Positions 11,501 through 24,800 of a stretch of 64,000 bases of DNA are shown piece by piece. The stretch covers positions 454,131 to 518,130 of the forward strand of contig NC_134033.1 in NCBI RefSeq assembly GCF_964204645.1, in the 5' to 3' direction. The position numbers were made by a program, and so were the translations under genes. The stretch comes from Tubulanus polymorphus. Its lineage: Eukaryota; Animalia; Nemertea. Position 1 is the first letter of the stretch; every line of letters starts with the position of its first letter. The notes under the pieces are model-generated. The model had not been told where the DNA came from. It searched no databases and worked only from the letters and a program-made list of their open reading frames with translations.

Positions 11501-11648
11501 CCTCCTCCCGCTCCCGAGACGAGAAAATTCATCACATTTAAATCATAAATATTCGTTAATTAATGAAAAATTCGGCAGTTTTAAATACAAAAAGACGATG
11601 CACATTAATTCTAATTACCCTTCTAGCTGCTTGTTTAGTTCGTGGCAT
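2542..11648 (-). CDS. NCL: Nucleolin-like RNA-binding protein (acidic N-terminal region, NLS, 2 RRMs, 4 CCHC zinc knuckles, RGG tail), ~507 aa
   Basis: Exons (minus): 11648-11619, 9959-9896, 9342-9199, 9116-8979, 8904-8773, 8631-8554, 8458-8326, 8029-7896, 6763-6622, 6065-5893, 5501-5445, 5197-5126, 3667-3581, 3493-3416, 2892-2842, 2552-2542; all GT-AG, 1524 nt in frame. [11 protein letters not shown] motifs, D/E tracts, KRKRK...[11 protein letters not shown] as in nucleolin, RNP2/RNP1 (LFVGNL/FGYVRF; LWIKNL/GFGFVDF), terminal RGG repeats. Confidence 0.88.
2693..2790 (-). ncRNA. SNORD15: Box C/D snoRNA, U15/SNORD15 homologue with two guides
   Basis: Minus strand: 10-bp terminal stem, C box ATGATGA, D' guide AGATGACGAG(T)-CTAA, C' ATGACGA, D guide ACGAGGCATTTG(T)-CTGA; both guides complementary to the conserved 28S sequence CCAAAUGCCUCGUCAUCU. 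Confidence 0.88.
2972..3047 (-). ncRNA. Box C/D snoRNA copy A, guide ACAATGATAGGA complementary to 28S UCCUAUCAUUGU
   Basis: Terminal stem agtatgaa/ttcatact, C box ATGATGA, D' CTGA, D box CTGA; 3' end ~79 nt upstream of the acceptor at 2893. Confidence 0.88.
3309..3383 (-). ncRNA. Box C/D snoRNA copy B (diverged paralogue, same D guide, different D' guide)
   Basis: Terminal stem gtatgaaa/tttcatac, ATGATGA, ACCTTTCACCGCCTATT-TTGA, ACAATGATAGGA-CTGA. Confidence 0.85.
3777..3872. mobile_element. Tc1/mariner-pogo-like MITE remnant
   Basis: Termini cagtggaatctc ... gaggttccactgta, internal ~37-bp duplication. Confidence 0.45.
4144..4265. repeat. 30-bp minisatellite, 4 copies
   Basis: tatgccgagtttaaccggtttagctttaa tandem. 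Confidence 0.9.
4361..4605. mobile_element. MITE with GGGCCCAGTTGC-type TIRs
   Basis: ggggcccagttgc ... gcaactgggtcct inverted termini. Confidence 0.5.
5699..5835. mobile_element. piggyBac-type MITE
   Basis: TIRs ccctttcagtg/cactgaaaggg flanked by TTAA on both sides (5695-5698, 5836-5839). Confidence 0.75.
6217..6346 (+). mobile_element. ~135-bp MITE family A copy (Harbinger-like TIRs)
   Basis: Homologous to 27975-28110, 29020-29158, 35615-36172, 54434-54572, 54575-54713. Confidence 0.75.
6464..6543 (-). ncRNA. Box C/D snoRNA copy C, identical to copy A
   Basis: Identical to 2970-3047 across the C box, guide and D box; 10-bp terminal stem gtagtatgaa/ttcatactac. Confidence 0.88.
6764..7710. 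repeat. ~78-bp minisatellite, ~12 copies, with two CTGTCTAWTAGACAG palindromes per unit
   Basis: Period 78 (6878->6956); fills most of nucleolin intron 8 and begins at its acceptor. Confidence 0.93.
8052..8285. repeat. 51-bp minisatellite, ~4.6 copies, each with CTCF-like CCACCAGGGGGAG
   Basis: Period 51; motif starts at 8068, 8119, 8170, 8221, 8272. Confidence 0.9.
9595..9821. repeat. 33-bp minisatellite, ~7 copies
   Basis: cctcagcgaccggtccgattgttctcagagtac tandem. Confidence 0.95.
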
Positions 11649-12378
11649 GATTCGTTGTTGTGTAATTTGATGAAGTTCGAAGCCAGTAAATCGTGTAGGT
11701 TCTTACTGCTGTAGAGTCTGTTATCAAAATGGACGCTTAATCGCTCCACACACGCCGTCTTCAAATATAGGTCAAAACAATACAAATTCACATTATTGCT
11801 ACTCAAATCTGATAATGATTTCATAGTAAACTTATCACACTTTTATCATTATGTGTATGGTTGATCTAAGGTTGTTATTTCATAAATTCAGAACATTTGG
11901 ATAATAAAGTGCAAATTGGTCCAGGGTCTGGAAATTATTGGGGTCGAATCCCACTATTATTCAACATTCAGAATCTAATTTCTAGGTGTCTTATCATTAA
12001 TCCTTTCTTCTGGTAATTGAATATGCACGTAACAAATTAAGTAAAATCCGAAATTTGTTCCGATCCTCGCTTACCATGGATAGATTAATCCTCGAGCAAT
12101 TTCAATTCAAATTTTGTTTATTGTTGTTGACAGATCGCGGCGGTTCGATCACTTCCTGGTTCGGATTTTGATCGCGGGAGAGAGAGCAGTGTACAGTACT
12201 ATACGGAGAACCGCCAGCAGGATTTCTGTCTCAAATGTCGCAATCTAACGGTTCGAATTTCACAGTTGATATTATAATCCGATTCGGATAAACTGGAGGT
12301 CGACCCTAGATCAGCGGTGCTGTGTTTGTTGTTTAATCGAGAAGGTTAAGGTAAAATCCGTTGGAATTAATTAAGAAT
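11649..12378. promoter_or_regulatory. Divergent (head-to-head) promoter interval between the nucleolin-like and filamin genes
   Basis: Start codons at 11648 (-) and 12379 (+) are only 730 bp apart; ETS-like ACTTCCTG at ~12151; TSSs not determinable. Confidence 0.6.
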
Positions 12379-15300
12379 ATGGTAGATATCGGGTCCCGAG
12401 CTCGGTCCCGGGAGGGTCACGCTGCCGTGTCGTTCCGCGGGTCGGTGATGGAAGGAGAATGGATTAAGATCCAGGAGAACACGTGGACTCGTTGGATTAA
12501 CGAGGAATTAGCAGCGGCCGGTCGAGTCGGGATTAAAGATCCGGCGGCTGATTTCTGCGACGGCGTGAAACTGGTCGAACTGGTCGAAGCGTTACAACAG
12601 AAGAAAGTCGGTCGCTACGCGCAGAAACCGTTTAATACGCATCAGTATCTGATGAATATTTCGGTCGCTTTGAAAGCGCTGGAGGAAGATGGAGTTCGAC
12701 TCGTTAATATCGGTAAGATTTCAGTCCGGTTTATAGTCCAGTTACGTGGTTTAGTTAGATCCAAATTTCTTAGACGCAAATGAGATGATATGATACCTTG
12801 TTTCTCCATTTCGGCCGGGTCACTTTCGTAAATTGCAATAAGATTCGTAATCAGTTCATTTCTATAACTGCCAGGTCTGATATTGAGAGCTTGATCTTGA
12901 TTTTAGAAAAAGTAATGTACAGGATAGATATGCGGCCGGTCGGGTCAACTTTTAAACTCAGTAGCGCCGAGAAACATCGATTTTTAGCCTTAGATCCAAC
13001 AAATTCAGTTGCGTAACTGGTGAGACTGATCGCATCTTAGCGTTTTATCTTGAGTCCAGTTTTAGGGGAAGAGTTTCATCTGAAGGATAAAAATCAACAC
13101 AACATTTATTAAAACGTACTTTGAGAGCAAATCATCATTAAAGGCTTAGTTTCAGTTTGAGCCGGTTTCACAGTTTTAAGGCTCTCATCTCATATTCACA
13201 GCTCTATTGTACCAGGAAGGCTGCTGACCTCGAAAACCTGGTGAATCAGGGAAAACTCTTCAGGAAATTTGACAAATTTTGCAAAGAACCCAGAAAACTC
13301 AGGGATTTGGATAATGTTGTCGGTCACATGTTTCTTTATGTGATTCAATGAAAAATGAATGAATTGTAGCATTTTAAAACTAGAAATTTCTCTGGTTTTC
13401 TCTCAGGGAATTTGTGTTATAACATGAAAAAATCATGGATAAACTCAAGGGATTTATAAATGGGTGGAAAGTGGTCACCATATGTAGCTACCCTTATACA
13501 TCTAGTAGCCCTAACTATTGTGGTCATCGAGGTCTATCAGTTCAAGCTGTCTCCTCGGCGCCCCCTGGTGTACCCACATAAATACTACACCCTGATCATA
13601 TAGGCCTACATTGTATGGGTGTCTAAAGGGTGTAACCTGTACGGTTTTATTAGGAATGTTATTTCTAATAGTCAGTGAAATCTAGTCGTGTACCGACTGT
13701 ACTCATCTATTGTGCGTTCTCAATTCTTGTTTTATTGATCGTGAAAAGCGATATTTTTTCCGGCGATTTTCGTCGCCTCTATACTATTACTCACTCCTAC
13801 AGTGTGCGCTTTTTTAACTGCAGTCCACGCCCCTGAAATTCCTTCTACTGAAAACTCTTTCTTACAAATTCAACATAGGCTATAATTTGAATTTGGATAA
13901 AGATAGTTTTTAATTCAACTGACGCTCGGTGTGGTTTCCTTGATCACAAATATTCAGATTTTAAAAAATTTCGATATTGATATAAGTCGAAGATATATTT
14001 GGAATGAAGCTGGTTTTGGTGAGACTGGCCCGGTTACCCCTATAACGCTACCTGCTCCTATGCATATGTGTCTAATTGAGTTGTATAGTTAATTAGATAT
14101 TGAGCTGTTTGAATATTTTATGTGCTAACAGCAGCAGCTACGCACACATTGATATAGTACTGCATACTGCAGGCTCTATAGTGGATAGAGCCCGCGGTCC
14201 ATCCACCTAGCCATCCACCTACCCATCCACCTACCCATCCACCTGCCTAGGCTTACAGACCATCAACCACGTTTCATTGGTTCAGTTATTAACAGTTTTA
14301 ACTAAGACCCAGGGCCCAGTTTTATAGACTGGTATATTACCGTTAACCTAGGGTTAAACCAATTGATAATGAATTAAGTTAACCCCCGGGTTAAGGTAAT
14401 ACCAGTCTATAAAACTGGCCCCAGAGGTTTTAAAAATCACCAAATAGGCTTAGTCTGGTTAAATCTGATAGGCCTATTTGAATCTAACACGGAATTCTAT
14501 TCTAGGTTTAGAATTGCGTTTAAAATGTGTTTAAATCTAAGAGTTTTAGTTGTTGGGTGTCACCTTCTTATAGCGGGGCGAGGCCCAGGTGGGTGGAGGT
14601 ACGTTTGTAATAGAATTTAAAAGAAAGAAATTCTCGCCCCACTTTCACTGTATATAGACACATATTTAGAGCAATCTATTGAAAACCTGATTTATCTAAA
14701 CAAATACTGGTTTTACAGCCAAACTAGATCAGTCGCATAAAGAAAGCTTAAATAACAAACACAGGCGCTAAAATAGGAGTTATAAAGCAGTTACAAAACA
14801 ATCATTCTGAGAAATTTTACTTACAAAACTCTCAATAATCCACTACAGGAATAGGGTGCAGACCTAAAAGTGACTAGTCTAATACACACTCATAGCTGGA
14901 GGTCTATTGGAGTCAGCGTCCGTGAAGCATGAAATAGTGACCTCAGACACTATACATCATAAATCATAATATCAATGGGCGCTCGCTGAGATTGGCCTGA
15001 ATTGAAAAGTGATTTTTAGAAAGATATTCCTTTTCAACCTTTTAGTTTGATTTTATTTTCATTTTATGAATTGCAATTAAATGGATTATAAACATAAACA
15101 TCAGAAATCAGAACTAGATATTATAATCTGTACTTGATTGTAATATATAGAAAATGCTACAATATTATCAAAAGAAATAATATATGGTCCGAAAATGTCT
15201 CCTTGTCGAGGTAGTGTAGTTAATAAACTACTAGCGCAAGAAAAAAATTTAAAATGTGGAATAAACTACTGGCTCAAAAATAGTTAAAATGTGGAATAAA

Positions 15301-15773
15301 CTACTAGCTCAAAAGATTGTTAAAATGTGGAATAAACTACTAGCTCAAAAATAGTTGAAATGTGGAATAAACTACTAGCTCAAAAATAGTTAAAATGTGG
15401 AATAAACTACTAGCTCAAAAATAGTTGAAATGTGGAATAAACTACTAGCTCAAAAATAGTTGAAATGTGGAATAAACTACTAGCTCAAGCATAGTGTTTT
15501 ATCAATGGTTTTTATGAAGAGAAATAGATTCATTAAGAAAGTTTAGATTTGATATAGTTTAGACCTTGTCACTGTAATATATCACTAAGTATAAACACCC
15601 GTGCTGCGACACTTTGAGATGGAATGCATGTTACAAGTGAAGTGTTGGCTTGCGACACGTCGAGATGGAATAAATGTTTCAAGTGTTTTGCGAAATGTAG
15701 ATATTTTAAATAATAATTTTCTCTATCGATTTGTTCACATCTGCTGTTACTGTTTATATTGTTTCAACTGTAT

Positions 15774-15816
<43 letters not shown>

Positions 15817-18800
15817 CCCCTACACATATCACAGCAGTAGCATGTGTATAATACTTTACTGAGGAGAAACTGTGACACCACTTCTCTGTCTCTCACCCCC
15901 CCCCTCCCTCACCCCTCCCCCACCCTCAGCCCTATCGGTGACAAGAGGATAACAGGAAAGGGACAAATCATTTCCTATTATCAGGACCTCTCTCCCCTCC
16001 TTCAAGGGGACACTTATGACCACACCATGATTCTGGATGCTGGTGCACCATGGCATCAAACTGCACCAGTGGACGCAGGTGCATGCAGTCCAGCTGTATC
16101 AGTAGATATGGGTGCAAGCAGTACAGCTGCACCAGTAGATGTGGGTGCAAGCTGTATCAGTGAATGCAGCTGCATGTTGTCCCACAGGTACATGCTGTAT
16201 CAGTGAATGCAGCTGCATGTTGTCCCACAGGTACATGCTGTATCAGTGAATGCAGCTGCATGTTGTCCCACAGGTACATGCTGTATCAGTGAATGCAGCT
16301 GCATGTTGTCCCACAGGTACATGTTGTATCAGTGAATGCAGCTGCATGTTGTCCCAGTCAATATAATATCAATGTAGAACTCGGAGCTGCTTTCTATAAA
16401 TAGAAATTAATTTCACGGTAATCAAAAGTCATGATTAAAAATTGTGTCCCTAGCCGCAGAAATATATAATTAAATCATAGATTGCTGTATGTGGGGGGTG
16501 AGGGCGTCAGGGAGGAGGGAGGGAGTCAGGGAGGTACTATCCGATAGCAGTTCTTAGTGCGGGTGTGGACACCAATGAAGTATTGATTGTGAAACAAATC
16601 ATTAATTGAAAATAGAATGAATTGAAATAATTTCTGAAACAAGGAATAAAGATAAGAAAAATATATCAATCTGACCTGACTCATATTTCAACTGTTTTAT
16701 AAATGATGATCGCAGGTCATATACTAGAATTCCTTGCTATTTGATATTTGTGATGCTAAGTACAGTCTGTTGTGAGTAGTATTCTACTAGTAATTAGTAA
16801 TTGAGATGTAATTAGTTAATTCAGATTGAATTTTGTTAATTAATAGATGACTGCGTTCGCACACGTGGATTCTAGAGTTCACGTAGTGACTGTAACTGGT
16901 TTAAGTGTTGAGAAATGTTTCACATTTAAAACGGTTAAAAACCCTTCAACTATAGATCTATATATGTACACCCCCTATAGTAGAAATATATACTCTAATC
17001 AGACTAGGAGGAAATCTGGACATCTTACCCGACCAGCTACTAGCTCCTCATTACATGACTTCATTATTTATTCAGATCAAATACTTTGGGATAATTTTCA
17101 TCTTTTATTCAGTAAAAATGTTGACACTTCACCGAGAACTCCCCGTCTCCCCATCCCCTCCCTCTCCTCCCTGGTGCCGCACGAGTCAGAAATCGATACA
17201 GCTTGCTTTGTCTCTTCTACGTTCATGATTTCAAGAGTATTTTTATAATGATGAATATATGTTCATACCTTCCCTGTACAAACCGTTATAGGTATATAGA
17301 TTTCTCAAAACTAAAGCAACTCTTCACTCATAATGCGGTATATTGTTATTTCCAGGTCCTGAAGATATATTGGAGGGTAATCTGAAGTTGATAATGGGTT
17401 TAATCTGGTTGTTGATTTTACGATATCAAATAATCGGCAAATCAAAAATACCGCCGAAAAAACTCATGTTGTCATGGCTACGAGCGGTTATACCGGAAAA
17501 TCAGATTTCGAATTTTACGAATAATTGGAACGACGGGAGAGCGTTACAGTAAGTTATACAACACCTCCCTCCCCTGCTCCCCCTACCTCCCTCCACTGCC
17601 CTCCCCATAGAGCAGAATAATTGGAACGACGGGAGAGCGTTGCAGTAAGTTATAAATCACCTACCCCTCCTCCCACTCCCCTCCCCTCCTCTCCCTCCCC
17701 ATAGAGCAGAATAATTGGAACGACGAGAGACTCCTAGCCTACCTCTACCTCCCCTTGAGTTCCCCTACCTCCTCCTCCCTCCTCCCACTCCCCTCCCCTA
17801 CCCCTCCTCTCACTCCCCTCCCCTACCCCCCTCTGCCTCTACAGTGTTTTAATTAGTATTTAATTAATCTGTTGATCTGTTGTTTTAGTGCGTTGATTAA
17901 TTACTGTCAGCCGGGATTGTGTCCGGACTGGAAAACATTAAACAAGGAAAACAAGTGAGTAGTGAAAAACTGTCATCAGTTACAACTGTCATTGGGTCCA
18001 ACTGTCATCAGCTACAACTGTCATCAGGTCCAACCAATAACATCCAGTTCTACAGTTGACTCCATCCAGAGTTCGATTAATTGAAATATAAATCATCATT
18101 TTAATTGCTGATCACATTACTGAAGTAATCTCTATTTTTGAGTCCAAATTTCTATTCGCAATTCAATTTACAAAGTTTTGATAAGTCATCAACGCATACT
18201 GATCACATGTGACTTAAAGCAGCAAGGTTCACCGTCAGAATAAAAGATAAGATTCTTGAATTTCTATTTAACACAGGGTAGAGAATTGTAAGGCTGCGAT
18301 GTTGACAGCTGAGAAAGATTTAGATATTCCGTTGATCGTAACTCCTGAAGATATGTCGAATCCAAACCTCGATGAATTATCAGGAATGACTTATTTATCG
18401 TATTATATGAAAGATGATTCTCCGGGTTACACGGCGACCTTGAAACACACCAATAGTATATTACCGGCAAATAAACAGATCAAGAATTTTACAGTAAGTG
18501 AAAACAATTCAATTTCTAAACACAAGTGATGAGAATGATGATATTTCAAAGTTTATCTTTCTAGCAGTTTTGGGATTTATTTAAGCATCAGGGCCCAGTT
18601 CCACGGTTGTGAGTTAGAGTTAACTCTGAGTTAAAAGTTTATTCATTTTCAATGAGTTAAAACTGGACCCAGAGAAACAATAATGAATCCGAGGGTAATA
18701 TCATTTCCTTGATGATATCTCAAATTTTGAAAAATTGTCTCTCAATTTAGATAAATCTTAAAACGGTAATGAATTTGACAATTTCATTAATGAAAGGTCA

Positions 18801-21800
18801 AGAATATGACATTAATTCCTCGATAATATCTCAAATTCTTGAAAAATTGTTTTTCAAAAATAGATAAATCTTTAAACTGTTGCATAGTGAGTTGATTGTT
18901 AAGAAGGCTGTTGATAATGTTGTACGCTGAAAATAAACGACAGTTTTATCTAAAATCCACAGTTGGTATTAAAGCGTTTATTGTCCGACAGTTTCTGAGT
19001 CTATCTAAACTCTAACACCACAGAAACCAAAAATGATTGGTAACTGTGATTATTGCAGTCACAGTTTAATCTTGAATTGAGAGTTTGAATGTTGATGTAT
19101 TTTAGACTGACTGGAATGATGGCACGGTATTGTGTGCGTTAACGGCTGCGCTAGGCGCTCCTGTATCGGGAACGCAGAATATGGAGAAATTAGAACGACT
19201 TGAGAAAGGTATATGATACATTCCACACCGATCCACCCTCTCGTGCTATCCACCCTCGCGCTATCCACCTCTCTATACAGAGAGCTACCAACTGTTTCAC
19301 TGATATGATTAGATTGACAAGTTGGTCAACTGTTTCTGAATACTGATATATTAGATTGATAACTATGTTATTGTGAATGATATCATTGAAGGTTTTAACC
19401 CTCATTGGTAACTGATACATTTGAACATTTTTCAATGAAATTTTCCTGAAAAATTCTACTTATGACAGCACTTCAGCAGCTCTGTGCCCAATGTATATCT
19501 TCCTACAATTAGAACCTAATTTTCCATCAGTATATGCAAATGAAACACCTGCCGCAGGTGGTGTTCATTTCCACATATTCATGAGAATCTCATCAAATTA
19601 GCAAATTTTCAACGTAATTTCATAATCTCGTTACGACGCTGATTTTGTAGGTATCGAAGCTGGTAAAACGTTGGGTATAGAACCGGTCGTACCGGCTAAA
19701 GATCTCGCTGATCCCGAGGTCGATCATCTCGGTCCTATGGCATACGCCGCTTACTTCAACATGCTGAAAAAACCAACAGCGACTAAAGATAAATGTCAAC
19801 TAATCGCGAATACTGATCCTGTTAAAGTAGGAGATATGGTGAGTTAGGGGAAAATAAAGCCTGCAGCCTCAAACCTGCAGCCTGTAGCCTGCACCCCCTC
19901 TCAGCCTCAAACCTGCAGCCTGTAGCCTGCACCCCCTCTCAGCCTCAAACCTACAGCCTGTAGCCTGCACCCCCTCTCAGCCTCAAACCTGCAGCCTGTA
20001 GCCTGCACCCCCTCTCAGCCTCAAACCTGAAACCCACTCTCAGACTGCTCCAGCCCTCTCAGACTTTTGATACTTTATCACCATTATCTCAATGTGTGAA
20101 GGGAGGGCTGCATGTAGTATTGTAGGGTGTTCTAACTCATGTAAGTCATCACATCACTGAAGTCATTCTGAGTCCCAAATTTAACTGATGCAAATTCAAT
20201 TGACTAAAAGTGTAAGTCGTTATTTGAATAAGTCAACAACATAACGATCGTCATGACGACGAAGACTTCACTGAACGTTGAGATATGTTTGATTTGTAAC
20301 AAGATACGATTCAATGATATTCAATGTTTGTTAAATAAAAATGATAATTGACATTTATATAGCGCAGGTATCCAAACTAGAATCTGTTCAAATGCGCTCC
20401 AAACTCGGTATTATTACCCCCAGCCTATAAACTCTATTCCATGTATCAGTCATCTCTCCCTGGGGAGAAGTAACATCCGAGCAGCTGCTAGGCGCTCAGG
20501 AGTCGTCTATCTTGTTTAAATGAATTTTATATCGTGCGTTTCAAATGTATTTTCAGAAAACGTTGAATCTGCAGCTGTTGGAACAAGAAGTCGATAACAA
20601 TAAACTGAAAGTAGAAATTCGAGGTCCGAGTAAAACTTACAACCCGAATATAACGAGAAACGGCGATCAGGTCGATATTAGATTCAACGCTGTAGAACCA
20701 GGTTTACATCGAGTACGAATCACGTGATAATTTTAAAACCCTTCTCGCTATCGGAGACCTATCTAAACCCAGTTTAACGTGAACCGATGATCGAGATGGA
20801 CCGGGTTTATTATTGTTTCAGGTATCGGTGTATTACGACGGAGTAGAAGTTGTAGGCAGCCCTGTAACTGTGAAAATATTAGCAGATAGCAGTAAGATTA
20901 TATTACCTACAATCAACCCGTGCAAGGTCGGAACTGTCTCAGAGTTCAAGGTAACCCAGAGTTTAAACTCTGAAATGGATTTAGTTTTTTCATTCAGTTC
21001 TTAGATTATTTCAAATGGATTGAGATTTGAGGAGTTATAAACATCTTTCAAAATGAGCCCCAGATTTGACATAATTCGAATATCTAAATTTATATGATCT
21101 CAATTTAATATTTAGATCTTTTAGAGATTTAATTTGAATATCTAATTCTATTAGAGCTGATTCGAATATTCAAATCTATTTGATCCAATTTGAATATTTT
21201 GATATATTAGATCTAATTTCAATATCTAAGTCTATGTGATCTAATTTGAATATATGAATATATTAGATCTAATTTGAATATATGAATATATTAGATCTAA
21301 TTTGAATATTTAAACGGGTATATTTATGTGTCTATAGATAGATGCCCGTACGGCGGGTGTCGGTGAGGTCCGCGTTGAAGCCGTTGCCCCGAGCGGACGT
21401 AGGATTGATCTACCAATCAGAGACGAGCGCGGAGTATTCGTCGCGAAGTTTACACCGACCGAAACGGGTAAGTGGCTCCACCTGTGGGTTAATACGTCAA
21501 ACAAACTAACACCTAACTGTCGATGTTTGGCTGTTAATTTCGAAGAATTTCCAAAATGTCTCCGTGGCAACACGATGAACGTCTTCTGCTTCTAAGTTCG
21601 GTCCCAGAAATATTCAAATCTATTCTTTTTATTTGTTTAGAATTTTATGGATTGCTGTGGTAAAATTAAAACCTGCATGATTCAATAAATGTTTAATTTT
21701 AGACGATTCTCACATGACACAAAAATCTCAAACTATTTAATTTATCTCGTAGTCCAATCTTTAACTAGCGTAATGCACACCGACCTTTATGAACTTATTC

Positions 21801-24800
21801 ATTGATCCAGTTCAACAGTTCAAGGTTCACTCTGTGGACCTGGGGCTGCAGTTGCTCAAAAAGTTGGTTATAGTTTAACCAGTGGATAGTTGACATAGTA
21901 ACAATTAAAAGTCCATTGTTACTATGGTATTTATCTGCCGGTTATCAACTGGCAACTGATTCCATTTCCACTGATTTTGGCGAAACGTTCTAAATTACAT
22001 CATCCACACCCGACCTGTGGAACTGTGGAACTGTGGAACTGGATTGGAACTGACTGCGGTCTGTTGTATGTTCTAATCATGTCGATTATTTCTCTATCTA
22101 TGACTGTTATTATTCTATTATTCTCTAATTTCTTGTTGTAGCAAAAAAAGGTCAGTAGCAGTAAAAAAACAACAAACACTCTCAAATTCACCCCTAAAAT
22201 TCTGTCTTTTCTTATTTTTATTTCTATATTCTACCCTTCAGTCACAAACCTCAGTTCAGGAATGGCCCGGACTGACCACTCCCTGTTCAGGAATGGCCCA
22301 GACTGACCACTCCCTGTTCAGGAATGGCCCAGACTGACCACTCCCTGTTCAGGAATGGCCCAGACTGACCACTCCCTGTTCAGGGATGGCCCAGACTGAC
22401 CACTCCCTGTTCAGGAATGGCCCAGACTGACCACTCCCTGTTCAGGGATGGTCCAGACTGACCACTCTGTTCAGGAATGGCCCAGACTGACCACTCTGTT
22501 CAGGAATGGCCCAGACTGACCACTCTTCTGTTCAGGAATGGCCCAGACTGACCACTCCCTGTTCAGGAATGGCCCAGACTGACCACTCCCTGTTCAGGGA
22601 TGGTCCAGACTGACCACTCTCTGTTCAGGGATGGTCCAGACTGACCACTCCCTGTTCAGGAATGGCCCAGACTGACCACTCTCTGTTCAGGGATGGTCCA
22701 GACTGACCACTCTTCTGTTCAGGGATGGCCCAGACTGACCACTCTCTGTTCAGGGATGGTCCAGACTGACCACTCTTCTGTTCAGGAATGGCCCAGACTG
22801 ACCCCCTCAATGTCTCTCCCTGCTGTTATCCTGTATATGTTATTTGTTATTGTCTTGTTTAATGTCTGTTCTAATCTCAGTTTGCGAACATTTGTGGAAT
22901 GTAAGATTCATTCAAACATTACCCAAAGCTAAGACTAGAGCTCTAGGGCCTCGGGCTCGGGCCTCGTGGGTCAGTTTCATATAGAACTTTAACTGAATTC
23001 AAGTTGAATTTCTAATTGAATCTTTAAACATGAATGTTGTGTTGTGTGATGTGTATCGATATGTTCAGTGTTTCTATTTCTCAGAGTTGCTGCAAATTGT
23101 TCCTGATATTCACTAATTTGTTTCTAAATTCTCCTGAGAAATTCTGATTAGAATTTGTTGGATGTGTGCAGAATATGAAGGATCTTACCGAGGGTCTTAC
23201 TGAGGGTCTTACCCCAAAGATTACTGATTAATTTGAACAGTTTCTTCTATATTTCAATGAAATGCCAGTGAATATTAAGCAGTTTGCAGCAGTCCTGTCG
23301 TGTTACATCTCTGTGTTCTATATCTTAATTTCATTTCAATATCTTTTGATAATTGTTCGCTGAATCTCAAACCGGACTCTGATGTTTGTTTATATTGCGT
23401 GATATTTCTAGGAAACTGGAAGCTGTTAGTGTCGTACGACGGCCAGGACATTCCAGGAAGTCCGTTAACCGTGCCGGTCTACGATCCGTTCCAAGTTCGC
23501 GTGGTCGGTTTAGAGATGAGGTCGGCGATCTCGGGTAAACCGTTCGAATTCAGCGGTAAGTATCTCGAGGTCATACATCTCGAGGTCTGAGCGAAATCCT
23601 GAACTGTTGTTGTCACACCTTTGCAAAAAGCTTATGAACGAACAAGAAATTTGAATGCATCGCTATAGTAACATGACCAACTGATGACATTGTTATATCC
23701 AAAATTTAAAAGATTAAAGGCAATTGTCATCAGTGATGACATTGTTGATATTTGAGAGACTGGACTCGGCTAAACAAGAGACTCTGGAATCATAGAGCTG
23801 AATTTGACTCCAAGTTGGTGTGTTTATTGCGTGGAACTCAAATCAAAGAGTTGTTTGGGTAATTGACAGCACTAGCAGCAGCAGACGGACGGACAGATGG
23901 ACGGCCGGTGCTGTAACACTTGCACAGATAATTGATCTCTTTAAGAGCAGCAGGCTAGTACAGTCCGTACTGGGGACAGATAATCCGTGCTGGGGAAACA
24001 GATGGGTAGTTTTAAAGGTCAATATGTCCTGTGGATATACAGCAGTACTGATACTGTATCAGTCACTTTGAGTCCTAGCTAACACAAAGTGCTGCTGCTG
24101 TTGCTATTGTTGTAAACATTATCTATCTGTGACAAGATTGAGGAATTAAAATTGTTTGAAATGCCTAGTCCTGTGAGAGGAGGTGGACCTCCGAGCGGGG
24201 TTAACTACTCTCCCAGTGGGGTTAGCTACGCACCCAGTGTGGGTAGCCACCAGCTCGGTGGAGGCCGCCCGCTCGGTGGAGGTCGCCCTCTCGATGGGGG
24301 CCGCTCGATCGGTGGATTTGGGGTCACTGCCTCGGAACCAGAATACTCAATTCAGAAACTGCATTTAAGATTTGGTAAGTTCACAATGTGTCGACATTAC
24401 CTGATTAGAACGGTGTTAATACTGAGTAGAGAAGTAACACTGTCAGATCTATAGGCTGCACTGATATATTCAGAATGATTAAATAATCATTCTACAAACT
24501 GATATCGGCTAACAGGTTAAACGGGTTAAACGGGTTAAACGGATGAACAATACAGATAAAAATCTTTTTGATAAATGGCGGTGGCGAATGTTATAAAAAT
24601 AATGAATGAGAGAGGTCTCTGATTATTGACGGCAGCTGTGAATGATTCCTGATGTTGTCATTAGTTATCAGTGGTAACCGTGAGTAACGGTGCCGTTTAC
24701 TGACATCTGTCTAAATTCTATTCTCATAATACTAACAGGATACCAGTTACAGTCGCACGCGCGCGCACCACTCCGGTCTATACCGGGATATGTGTGCTCT

